A DNA stretch of 64,000 nt from Bacillales bacterium UBA1188 (GCA_002310135.1 DBYK01000001.1:367949-431948), one strand, 5' to 3'; shown: positions 16,623 to 25,125, numbered from the stretch's first letter. Made by a program: numbers and translations. The notes: generated by a model not told the origin, from the sequence alone.

Positions 16623-16796
16623 AATATTCCACGTCTTTCATAAAAAGTTATGAAGGCTTTGAAGTATCAAATTGTATGAATTATTAGAACGAAACGTTTA
16701 TTGATAAAATGTAGGAAAAATGTGGCAAATATCGTGCTTTATATAGAAATTTTGAGAAAAATATAGAATACTATATGAGATTTATTGAAGAATTTT

Positions 16797-16843
16797 AGAG
16801 GTATCAAAACGTATACATTTTTATATTGTTTGTTGATACCTCT
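16797..16843. repeat. inverted repeat AGAGGTATCAA-N25-TTGATACCTCT upstream of the recombinase gene
   Basis: Perfect 11-bp arms read directly from the sequence, 70 nt upstream of the recombinase start. Candidate res/crossover or operator site. Confidence 0.5.
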
Positions 16844-16913
16844 TTTAATTTGCTTTCAAACTTGATAAATCCTCCTTTTTATGGCTTTATATGTAGAAAT
16901 GGAGGTGAGTAAA

Positions 16914-17513
16914 TTGATTTATGCGTATATACGTGTTTCAACTAAACAACAGAAAATCGATAGACAATATGAAGAAATAAAAGCTCTTGATATTGATGAC
17001 AAGCATATCTATATTGATAAAGAATCAGGAAAAGACTTTGATAGAACCAATTATCAAAAATTAATTAAGAAAATAAAAAAAGACGACCTACTAATTGTTA
17101 AATCAATAGATCGTCTAGGTAGAAATTATAAAATGATATTAGATGAATGGGCTTATATAACTAAAACTAAAGAAGCTGATATTAAGGTACTTGATATGCC
17201 ACTTCTAGATACTAGAATTGAAGGAAAAAATCTAGTTGGCAAATTTATAAGTGATATAGTACTTCAAGTATTATCTTTTGTCGCTGAGAATGAAAGAAAT
17301 AATATTAAAGAGCGTCAAGCTGAAGGTATTCGAATTGCAAAAGAAAAAGGTGTTAAGTTTGGTAGGCCAAAAGTATCTACCCCACCTAACACCAATGAAA
17401 TATTAGATAAATATATAAATCATGAAATAACTAATACTGAAGCTGCAGAATTAATTGATGTATCAAGAGGAACATTCTTTAGATTAGTTAAAGAAAGAAA
17501 ACGTATAATATAG
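16914..17513 (+). CDS. small serine recombinase (resolvase/invertase family)
   Basis: IYAYIRVSTKQQKIDRQ catalytic-Ser motif and C-terminal HTH (TNTEAAELIDVSRGTFFRLV). Probable TTG start at 16914 behind GGAGGTG; the track ORF begins at 16881. Confidence 0.85.
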   Translation: MIYAYIRVSTKQQKIDRQYEEIKALDIDDKHIYIDKESGKDFDRTNYQKLIKKIKKDDLLIVKSIDRLGRNYKMILDEWAYITKTKEADIKVLDMPLLDTRIEGKNLVGKFISDIVLQVLSFVAENERNNIKERQAEGIRIAKEKGVKFGRPKVSTPPNTNEILDKYINHEITNTEAAELIDVSRGTFFRLVKERKRII

Positions 17514-17670
17514 CAATTAAAAGCCCACTACATAATTATTTTATGCAGTGAGCTTTCAATTATCTTTGTATTCAGAATATTTCTAATAGACCTCAATATT
17601 CAGCTTTCAAATTTTCAAACGGTTTTACTATTTTTACACAATCTAGTTATGCCATAATAAACTTCATTAT

Positions 17671-18009
17671 TTATAATTCTTCAATCTCTTTTGTGGCTAA
17701 ATCTTCAATATAAAACGTGCCATCGTTTATTTCATCAAGTCTATCTTTAATCTTTGCAAGTAATTCAAGAATCTCTTTTTTATTCTTTTTAGCAGTTGCT
17801 TCATTAAATATACATGGTTGATTGTTGACATCAAACTCGTAGCATTCAGAATACAATTCAGAACATCTTAAATTTAAATCAGGAAGAACTTTATCATCAT
17901 CGATGATGTCTATTCCAGTTAATGGTTCACCTGTTTCAATATCACTAGTCCAAATAGGACCTTGTAAGTAATCAAACATTAATTTGACTTTTTCTTTTTG
18001 ATTTATCAT
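17671..18009 (-). CDS. hypothetical acidic 112-aa protein (third gene of the XRE cassette)
   Basis: ATGA start/stop overlap with the upstream gene. No recognisable motif. Confidence 0.55.
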   Translation of the reverse strand: MINQKEKVKLMFDYLQGPIWTSDIETGEPLTGIDIIDDDKVLPDLNLRCSELYSECYEFDVNNQPCIFNEATAKKNKKEILELLAKIKDRLDEINDGTFYIEDLATKEIEEL

Positions 18010-18359
18010 TTTTTATACCTCGCTTTCAATTTAATGGCTTCTTTTTCCTTTATAGGGTATGCAGATACCATAAAACCATTTGTTCCTACACCAGTTAATA
18101 AATAATATTTACCATTATGTGGGTAATCACCTTTTTTGTATTTCCCACTGTCCCAAACAGGCCAAACTGCATCACCAAAAAATATCATTCCTAATAATTT
18201 CTTATTTGGAGTAATATATTTCCATTCAATTTCTAATCCTTGTTTTTCCATAAAGCCATATGCATCAAACGGAATTACCTTTTCTAATCTTTCTGGATAG
18301 AATTCTTTATTAAGTTCATCAGCCATAATTTCTAATTTTTCTTTTGAATAAAAATACAT
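18006..18359 (-). CDS. hypothetical 117-aa protein; N-terminus resembles ImmA/IrrE-like partners but has no HExxH
   Basis: Its position directly after the XRE gene is typical of ImmA. The sequence lacks any HExxH. Confidence 0.55.
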   Translation of the reverse strand: MYFYSKEKLEIMADELNKEFYPERLEKVIPFDAYGFMEKQGLEIEWKYITPNKKLLGMIFFGDAVWPVWDSGKYKKGDYPHNGKYYLLTGVGTNGFMVSAYPIKEKEAIKLKARYKK

Positions 18360-18369
18360 ATAATGCCAC

Positions 18370-18726
18370 CTACTTTTTGTTCATAATTTCTTCAATAATT
18401 TTAATCCATTCATCATCTCCTAAATTAAGGTCTTTTGCTTTACGTAATGCTACTCTCACATTTTGATTATCGCTAACATATTCTTTTAAATCTTGTGCAA
18501 TCGCATCTTTGCTACTAGCAGCTAAGTCAAATAATTCATTTGCTTCTTGTTGTGATAATTCAAGTACACTTACCATCTTTTCTAAGATTTCTTGTGTTGG
18601 AGCATTTCTTTTTGCTTTTTCAATATCACTCATATATGCTGGAGCAATACCAACTTTATCTGCAAACGCTCTTAATGTAATACCTTTTTCTTGTCTTTTT
18701 TCTTTAATAAATTCGCCGAATATCAT
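18370..18726 (-). CDS. XRE-family helix-turn-helix transcriptional regulator
   Basis: GITLRAFADKVGIAPAYMSDIEKAKRNAPT HTH_3-type motif. RBS GGAGG. Confidence 0.8.
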   Translation of the reverse strand: MIFGEFIKEKRQEKGITLRAFADKVGIAPAYMSDIEKAKRNAPTQEILEKMVSVLELSQQEANELFDLAASSKDAIAQDLKEYVSDNQNVRVALRKAKDLNLGDDEWIKIIEEIMNKK

Positions 18727-18773
18727 AATTCTACCTCCTATAATTATGTTAGCGTGTTAGCATTTACGCTTAC

Positions 18774-18802
18774 ATTATATCAAATTGAAATAGATTTGTC
18801 AA
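18774..18802 (-). promoter_or_regulatory. consensus sigma-A promoter TTGACA-17-TATAAT of the XRE cassette
   Basis: Minus strand reads TTGACAaatctatttcaatttgaTATAAT. An imperfect inverted repeat TTAGCGT-N10-ACGCTTA lies at 18749-18772, between the -10 and the RBS. Confidence 0.7.
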
Positions 18803-18861
18803 TTATTAGGCTTTAAAATATCTTTTTTTATCAAATGTTATTAAATAATAGCATCTGAAAT

Positions 18862-18895
18862 AAAAAAATCTCTATTATTCTTAGAATAATAGAGA
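18862..18895 (-). terminator. rho-independent terminator of the nnr-gltX-tRNA unit
   Basis: Perfect 12-bp stem TCTCTATTATTC-tta-GAATAATAGAGA, followed on the minus strand by TTTTTTT. Confidence 0.8.
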
Positions 18896-18907
18896 GTATG
18901 TTCTTAA

Positions 18908-18984
18908 TGGTAGCTCAGACGGGTTTCGAACCCGTGAATGCAGCCTTGAGAGGGCTGTGAGTTAGACCACTTCTCCACTGAGCC
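18908..18984 (-). tRNA. tRNA with anticodon CUC (Glu, hand-folded), CCA encoded
   Basis: GGCTCAG TG GAGAAGTGGTCTAACTC A CAGCC CTCTCAA GGCTG CATTC ACGGG TTCGAAA CCCGT CTGAGCT A CCA. G1-U72 wobble. Begins 3 nt after the gltX stop. Confidence 0.85.
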
Positions 18985-18987
18985 ATA

Positions 18988-20655
18988 TTAAGGTAACAAA
19001 TTAGTTACCTTTTTTATTCTTGATTCAATTTTTTGTTTTCCTAAAATCTTTTCAACATAGTATAGATTTGGAGAACTTCTTCTGCCAGTTAGGGTGATTC
19101 TTATTATTTCTGATGCATCACCTATAGTTCCTTGATAGAAATCAGGATTTTCTCTCATTTCCTTTTTATTTTGAGCGAAACCAAGAGGTTTCATAACTGA
19201 CTTAAGATTATTAAACCATTCTTCTTCGTTTAAATCAAGACCTAAATTATCTAAATGATTTAATAGAACTTTATCGATTATTTCTTTTGAGAATTTAGGA
19301 TTAAATTCAAATATATTATTTTTAATAATATTTTCATAATAATCATCATAGAAGAATGAAATGAATGGAATGATATCTTCAAATTTAGTATAGTCTTTTC
19401 TTGGGTTTTCTTTTTCTCTTTCTATGTTGATTATAGATTCAAAATAATCTCTATCTCTTAATATTAATTGTTCGAGTTCGCTGTTGTATGTATGAGCGTA
19501 AGATAACACTTGATCTGTGAATTCTTTTTTATTTAATCTTGATAATCTTTCTTTAGAGATATTATTTATTTTTTCTATATCGAAGAGCGCACCATCAACA
19601 CTGAATTTCTCAAAAGAAAAATTGAAATTATAGATATCGTCATCCATATGTTCTAATCTCCACTCTTCAAAATTAGAATTAGCGAGAGTAAATAAATATT
19701 CAATTAAAGCTTGTTTAGGGTAACCTGATTCTAAAAAGAATGATACCGCAGCCTCTTTATCTAATCTTTTAGATAATTTTCTTCTTTTGCCTTCATCTAA
19801 TTTCATTATTACTGGAAGATGGGCATATAATGGGGCCTCCCAGCCCATTCTTTCAAATAATTCTATATGAATAGGTAAACTTGAAAGCCATTCTTCTCCT
19901 CTTGTGACATGAGTAGTTCTCATAAAGTGATCATCACAAAGATGAGCGAAATGATAAGTTGGAAGACCATCAGATTTTAAAATAACTATGTGTTGATCGT
20001 TTTCAGTTAATTCAAGATCCCCTTTAATTAAATCATGAACTTTAATCTTATTCTGGTGACTTCCTTTAGATCTAAATCTTATTACATATTTATCTCCGTT
20101 TTGAATTCTATTAATAGCTTCAAGAGGGGTTAAGAAAGAACTAAGCGCATATTTCCCATAACAGCCTGGATTTTCTTTGTTCATTTCTTGTTTTTTTCTT
20201 ATTTCATTAAGTTCATCTTCAGATAAGAAACAAGGATATGCATCCCCTCTTCTTATGAGCTCTTTAATCACAGTATTATAAATCATAAATCTTTGAGATT
20301 GTTTATATGGACCATATTCACCTTTTTCATATGTTCCATAATAACCTTCAGTTGGAACTACATCAAATAAAGATAACTCTTTAAGTAATCTTTCTCCTGA
20401 ACCTTCTATTTCTCTTTTTGTATCAGTATCTTCAAGTCTTAAAATAAATACACCGTCTGTTTGTTTTTGGAACTTCTTGCAAACTAGCGCAGTAAAAAGA
20501 CTGCCAGAATGAAGAAATCCTGTAGGAGATGGTGCAAATCTACATACTATGGCGCCATCTTTAAGATTTCTTTTTGGATATCTTTTTTCTAAATCTTCTA
20601 TTGTTTCATCTACATCTTTAAATATTAAATCCGCTAATCTTTCTAAATCTGTCAT
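18988..20655 (-). CDS. gltX: glutamate--tRNA ligase, long (555-aa) form
   Basis: RFAPSPTGFLHSGSLFTALV (HIGH region), RLEDTDTKRE and KLSKR (KMSKS). Confidence 0.85.
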   Translation of the reverse strand: MTDLERLADLIFKDVDETIEDLEKRYPKRNLKDGAIVCRFAPSPTGFLHSGSLFTALVCKKFQKQTDGVFILRLEDTDTKREIEGSGERLLKELSLFDVVPTEGYYGTYEKGEYGPYKQSQRFMIYNTVIKELIRRGDAYPCFLSEDELNEIRKKQEMNKENPGCYGKYALSSFLTPLEAINRIQNGDKYVIRFRSKGSHQNKIKVHDLIKGDLELTENDQHIVILKSDGLPTYHFAHLCDDHFMRTTHVTRGEEWLSSLPIHIELFERMGWEAPLYAHLPVIMKLDEGKRRKLSKRLDKEAAVSFFLESGYPKQALIEYLFTLANSNFEEWRLEHMDDDIYNFNFSFEKFSVDGALFDIEKINNISKERLSRLNKKEFTDQVLSYAHTYNSELEQLILRDRDYFESIINIEREKENPRKDYTKFEDIIPFISFFYDDYYENIIKNNIFEFNPKFSKEIIDKVLLNHLDNLGLDLNEEEWFNNLKSVMKPLGFAQNKKEMRENPDFYQGTIGDASEIIRITLTGRRSSPNLYYVEKILGKQKIESRIKKVTNLLP

Positions 20656-20663
20656 ATTATCAC

Positions 20664-22145
20664 CTAATAATTTTTTAAAAGTTCTTTTAATACTTCTATT
20701 ACATCTCTTGGAATAGATGTATATGAACCATATTTTTTATTTAAGATATCCCCTGCAAGTCCAAACAAAAATGCACCCGCAAGAGTTGAATCTATAGAAC
20801 TATTATAACCCATAATACCCACAATTACTCCAGATAATATATCTCCACTTCCACCTTTTGATAGCGATGGAGAACCTGTGCTTATCAAATATATCTTTCC
20901 TCTATTAGATACAATGGTTGTTGTGCCTTTTAAAAGAAGAGTGCATTTATATTTTAGAGTGAATTCTTTTGCGTATTTAATAGGATCAAGCAGAATATCA
21001 CCTACACTAACATTTATGAGCCTTGAGAATTCTTTAACATGTGGAGTTAATACTATGCTTGCATAAGAATTATTGATTAATTCTAAATCTAATTTCGCTA
21101 AAGTGTTTATTCCATCTGCGTCAATCAATAACTTCTTATTATAGTTATTTAAAATATACTCTAAAATTTTAATATTATCTAAAGTATCAGAAATACCCAT
21201 ACCAAAAGCTAATGCTGATAAACCTTTAATCGCTTCTTCTATTTCTCCCTCGTTGAAAACGAAATTACCAAATTCATCAGATTCTATAGGATAAAGTGTT
21301 GATTCTAAGATATATGGAAGTATTGAATCAGCGATACTTTGAGGTGCGATTATTCGTGTAACGCCACAACCTACCCTAAGTGCTGCCTCTCCTAAACTTG
21401 AAAGTTTTATAGAACCTGAATATTTATATGATCCACCAAAAATACCTACATATCCATAAGTTGATTTATTAGAATTATATTTCCTCTTCTTAAAGATTTG
21501 TTTTAAGTCATCACCAGTATAAAGATAATATGTTTCTTTTTCATGTGGAATTCCTATATTATTACAAGCGAGACTATATATATAATCTTTAGCATCATTT
21601 AAGAAGTGACCAGGTTTTAAATACCCAAGCGCTACAGTTAAATCAGATAGTACTGCAAGATTTGTCTTTCCTGTATCAGCATCTAAACCTGTGTTAATAT
21701 CTATTGAAATAGTAAATGTTTCTAAAGAATTGATTTTATTGATAACTGATTTTACAGGTTCACTAATTTCACCTTTAAAACCTATCCCAAAAATAGCATC
21801 GACGAATGTATCATACCCAATAAAATTGAAATCATCACTATATTCAAATACTGGTATATGTTTTTCTATTGCGGTTGAAAGGAGGGCTAAAAGAGTAGGA
21901 CTACTTAACTTAAATAATTGAAGAATTTCAACATCATGTCCTTCATCTTTTAAGATATTTGCAAGAGCGAGACCATCACCACCATTATTACCTTTTCCGA
22001 TAATTATTAATGTTTTACCCATGAATTTATGTGACTGAAAAACGGCTCTTCCAGCCTTCATTATTAAATCTTCTAAAGTTGTAAGATTATCTATGGTGTA
22101 TTGGTCAGCTTCCCTCATCATAGAAGTGGACAAAACTTTTAACAT
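20664..22145 (-). CDS. nnr: bifunctional NAD(P)H-hydrate repair enzyme (epimerase/ADP-dependent dehydratase)
   Basis: YjeF-N motif GKGNNGGDGLALA plus a C-terminal carbohydrate-kinase-like domain (GGSGDILSG). ATG 22145 sits behind GGGAGAG; the track's TTG start was rejected. Confidence 0.85.
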   Translation of the reverse strand: MLKVLSTSMMREADQYTIDNLTTLEDLIMKAGRAVFQSHKFMGKTLIIIGKGNNGGDGLALANILKDEGHDVEILQLFKLSSPTLLALLSTAIEKHIPVFEYSDDFNFIGYDTFVDAIFGIGFKGEISEPVKSVINKINSLETFTISIDINTGLDADTGKTNLAVLSDLTVALGYLKPGHFLNDAKDYIYSLACNNIGIPHEKETYYLYTGDDLKQIFKKRKYNSNKSTYGYVGIFGGSYKYSGSIKLSSLGEAALRVGCGVTRIIAPQSIADSILPYILESTLYPIESDEFGNFVFNEGEIEEAIKGLSALAFGMGISDTLDNIKILEYILNNYNKKLLIDADGINTLAKLDLELINNSYASIVLTPHVKEFSRLINVSVGDILLDPIKYAKEFTLKYKCTLLLKGTTTIVSNRGKIYLISTGSPSLSKGGSGDILSGVIVGIMGYNSSIDSTLAGAFLFGLAGDILNKKYGSYTSIPRDVIEVLKELLKNY

Positions 22146-22278
22146 TTTCTCTCCCAATATATAAATATAATAGCAAAAATCTTTAAAATATTAAAGATTA
22201 TAGAAAAAGTATCGATTAGATATTTTTTATTCTTGAAACAATAATAAAATTGTGTTATTATTAAAAAGCGATGTAAAT

Positions 22279-22353
22279 AGGACCGTAGCCAAGTGGTTAA
22301 GGCAATGGACTTTGACTCCATCATCGAAGGTTCGAATCCTTCCGGCCCTGCCA
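22279..22353 (+). tRNA. tRNA-Gln (UUG)
   Basis: AGGACCG TA GCCAAGTGGTTAAGGC A ATGGA CTTTGAC TCCAT CATC GAAGG TTCGAAT CCTTC CGGCCCT G CCA. One A4-C69 mismatch. Confidence 0.9.
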
Positions 22354-22404
22354 ATATTTTATACCTATGGTCGATTTAAACATCGACTATATTTATAAAA
22401 TAAT

Positions 22405-22489
22405 GCGGGTGTGGCGAAACTGGCAGACGCGCAAGATTTAGGTTCTTGTACCGCAAGGCGTGCAGGTTCAAGTCCTGTCACCCGCACCA
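22405..22489 (+). tRNA. tRNA-Leu (UAG), long variable arm
   Basis: Acceptor GCGGGTG/CACCCGC, anticodon loop TTTAGGT, variable arm TACCGCAAGGCGT, CCA encoded. Confidence 0.9.
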
Positions 22490-22503
22490 ATAGTAAAAAA
22501 TAA

Positions 22504-22526
22504 ATGGCTCTAGGGCCATTTTTTTA
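22504..22526. terminator. bidirectional terminator after the tRNA pair / HTH gene
   Basis: ATGGC-tctagg-GCCAT followed by TTTTTTT. The reverse strand also has a T-rich tail. Confidence 0.65.
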
Positions 22527-22916
22527 ATCTATTAGAGAACTCGTATAACCATATTTAGTTAAATATTCATTTAATATAGCTAAATCATATATTTCATTTT
22601 CTATACAATACCTAATTATTAAAGAATATTTGGATGAAGATGCGAGAGTGTATCCCGCTTTTTTAAGCAAATATTTACATTCATGATTGTTTAGTTTTAA
22701 AGTGAATATTATCTTTAGGCATGTGCTAAGTGATGGATTGCATTTCTTTGAAATAATTGCGGACCAAGATTGTTTAGATATATTAGCTTTAGTATATAGG
22801 TCACTAGATTTAGAAAAACCATATTTATCCATAAGAAAATATAAATAGTCTACAAAATCATCTATCTTTTCTTTAGTTCTTGATTGTTTATATTTGATAT
22901 ATTCTTCAAGTGTCAT
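22524..22916 (-). CDS. hypothetical HTH-domain protein
   Basis: 130 aa. ANISKQSWSAIISKKCNPSLSTCLKIIFTL resembles an XRE-type HTH. Confidence 0.55.
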   Translation of the reverse strand: MTLEEYIKYKQSRTKEKIDDFVDYLYFLMDKYGFSKSSDLYTKANISKQSWSAIISKKCNPSLSTCLKIIFTLKLNNHECKYLLKKAGYTLASSSKYSLIIRYCIENEIYDLAILNEYLTKYGYTSSLID

Positions 22917-23022
22917 AAAAAACCATCCTTTCTTTTATTTTAACACAAAAGTAAAAACTCATTTTACCACTTTGTCAATAACAAGTGATATAATTCTTTT
23001 GTATTTAGGAGGAGTAAATAAA

Positions 23023-23676
23023 ATGTCAAGATTAAAAGATATTCATGATTACTTAATCTCAGTTGGAAAAAAGGAAGAGGAATTATTGAAATGTGATAAT
23101 TATTCTGTTTTTTTGTCTATGGAGATTTGTGAATATGCACATCGTAATCAAAAAAGAGAAAATGGAGAAGATTATGCTAATCATCCATTTAGATGCTTAG
23201 GAATGTATAGAGAATTCGTTGGAATAATTGAAAATGATCCTTTCTGTATTGATAAGGATATAATGCTTAAACACGGAATACCATTTGATGGTGTTCAAGA
23301 ATTATGCTTACTTCATGATGTAATTGAAGATACAGATTTTACAGTTAAAGATTTAGAAGAGATATTTGATGAATGTGGTTTAAAAACATATTTTTCTCTA
23401 TATATTGAAACACCATTAAAACTTATAACTCACAAAAAAAGCGATGATTATGATGAGTATATATCTCAAGTATTAAAACATCCGACTTCTTCTCTTGTGA
23501 AAATGCTTGATTTATATGATAATTTAAATCCTACTTCTTTAAATCAACTAAATGAAAAAGAAGAAAAAAGAATGATAGATTATTTATCTTATGTCATTGT
23601 GATAAATAGGGCATATGATTTTGTGAATAATATGAATAAATATAAGAAGGAATTTGAAAATGATAAAAATAATTAA
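23023..23676 (+). CDS. HD-domain hydrolase, (p)ppGpp-hydrolase (RelA/SpoT HD, SAH)-like
   Basis: Trimmed to ATG 23023 behind GGAGG. HRNQKRENGEDYANHP and LLHDVIEDT motifs. Confidence 0.7.
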   Translation: MSRLKDIHDYLISVGKKEEELLKCDNYSVFLSMEICEYAHRNQKRENGEDYANHPFRCLGMYREFVGIIENDPFCIDKDIMLKHGIPFDGVQELCLLHDVIEDTDFTVKDLEEIFDECGLKTYFSLYIETPLKLITHKKSDDYDEYISQVLKHPTSSLVKMLDLYDNLNPTSLNQLNEKEEKRMIDYLSYVIVINRAYDFVNNMNKYKKEFENDKNN

Positions 23677-23833
23677 AGAAGAAATTGAGGAAAGCATCAA
23701 GCTTAAAACAGACAAACTAGCTTGTATATTGTTTATGAATTTTATTATGGATGGAGATATTAATCATTTTCGAATTTTAGATAATATTGGTAAAAAAGAA
23801 AAAAGATTTGAAGAATATAAAAGAGAGAATTAA
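23660..23833 (+). CDS. candidate 57-aa ORF overlapping the HD gene's 3' end
   Basis: MIKIIKEEIEESIKLKTDKLACILFMNF... The ATG is 14 nt before the upstream stop. Below the track's size cut-off; no homology recognised. Confidence 0.3.
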   Translation: MIKIIKEEIEESIKLKTDKLACILFMNFIMDGDINHFRILDNIGKKEKRFEEYKREN

Positions 23834-23840
23834 TTCTCTC

Positions 23841-25058
23841 TTATAATCCTAAAAATTCATCTTCTTTAATACCATTTTTAATATTCTTTATATGATGATA
23901 GAGTTGGACATATTTTAAAGCACAAAATCTAGCTTTACCATCTAATTGGTATTGGTAATCTGATACATAAAAACTAGCTTTATGTTTCATAACTACACAT
24001 GAATCATAAATATCGCTAAGTGGTATTACTATTTCTTTTTTCTTAGAAGATACTCTTATTTCTTTATTATTTATTGTGACTAATCCATTTTTGATTAAAG
24101 CTCTTTTGCCTTTATATTTGATAATCTCATATAAAGTTACTTGATTATCACTAAAGATTACATCATCACTGATAAAAGGATCCATTTTTTGTATCTTTTC
24201 CTTTTGTATCTTGTCCCATAAAACAACATTTTTTACTTCCTTTTCTCCTTTTATCAGTGAGAAAGTCAAATCTTTGTTGTATCTAAGTTCATAACCGCAA
24301 TTAAAACAATGAACTTCATTTTTATGAGAATAAATAGTTTCAAATGAATCACAATTAGGGCAATAATAAATCGCTCTTTCTAGATATTCACTTAGGTGAT
24401 TATAATTCTTCTTCAATGGGTAATCAAATGGATTACATTTCAAGTTTTCAACTATAGTGTCATATAATTCTTTGTGTGTGCTTTTCTTAATTTCTTCAAC
24501 ATCAATTAGCTTTTTAAGCCTACAATAATTTGGATTCCTTCTTTTTTTATTTGACCATCTAGGATCAACAGAATATCCGCCTTCCATATTGAATATATAT
24601 ACAGGCACTTTAGCAACTTTAACAAGTTTAGCTATAGAATCATCTATGTGGCATAATTCTCCTGTATAAGTTCTATTTCCTTCTGGGAATATAGCAACTT
24701 TATGGCCTTCTTTTAGAACTCTTAGAATAGTTTTAACACATTTAAAATCTGAAACAGATTTTGATTTAGGAATAGGATTTACTGAATACTTTAAAAGACC
24801 ACCAATAAATTTTTTGTTGAATAAGTCATCTGTCGCAACATAATAACAGACTTTATCAGAGATGCTTAAACCAAGCTTTATTGGGTCAAAGCCTGAGATA
24901 TGATTAGATAGAATTAGTGCAGCACCATCATTAGTCTTCACTTCTTCTACTATAAAGTTGTCTTCAATTTCAACTAATAGTTTTAATATTGGTTTTGCGA
25001 TAGTACATAATACTTTATGTCTTTTCCTATACCAAGAGGTGTTTTTAGACTTATTCAT
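23841..25058 (-). CDS. lysophospholipid (1-acyl-glycerol-3-phosphate) acyltransferase family protein with C-terminal Zn-ribbon extension
   Basis: NHISGFDP (HX4D) and FPEGNRT motifs. The extra ~190 aa contain CPNC...CFNC. Confidence 0.75.
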   Translation of the reverse strand: MNKSKNTSWYRKRHKVLCTIAKPILKLLVEIEDNFIVEEVKTNDGAALILSNHISGFDPIKLGLSISDKVCYYVATDDLFNKKFIGGLLKYSVNPIPKSKSVSDFKCVKTILRVLKEGHKVAIFPEGNRTYTGELCHIDDSIAKLVKVAKVPVYIFNMEGGYSVDPRWSNKKRRNPNYCRLKKLIDVEEIKKSTHKELYDTIVENLKCNPFDYPLKKNYNHLSEYLERAIYYCPNCDSFETIYSHKNEVHCFNCGYELRYNKDLTFSLIKGEKEVKNVVLWDKIQKEKIQKMDPFISDDVIFSDNQVTLYEIIKYKGKRALIKNGLVTINNKEIRVSSKKKEIVIPLSDIYDSCVVMKHKASFYVSDYQYQLDGKARFCALKYVQLYHHIKNIKNGIKEDEFLGL

Positions 25059-25125
25059 ATACTTATTATAAAAAATATAAAATAAAGTTGCAAATAAAAC
25101 CTGTTTTTTTGCTTTTTAAAACTTA

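Larger units (their letters stand above)
11477..18861. mobile_element. accessory/defence genomic island adjoining the 3' end of a tRNA gene
   Basis: Contents: AbiE TA, MTase+GmrSD-like operon, serine recombinase, XRE cassette, and a truncated gene at the left edge. Bounded by terminators at 11446-11468 and 18862-18895. No flanking direct repeats were found by eye. Confidence 0.5.

Noticed and set aside
18988-22157. T-box leaders for gltX (and likewise for metG at 40109-40112).
   Set aside because: Both synthetase genes follow the upstream gene within 4-8 nt, so there is no room for a leader.
22139-22354. 71-aa minus-strand ORF.
   Set aside because: It overlaps the plus-strand tRNA-Gln gene and the nnr promoter region. 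Its translation is just the tRNA complement.
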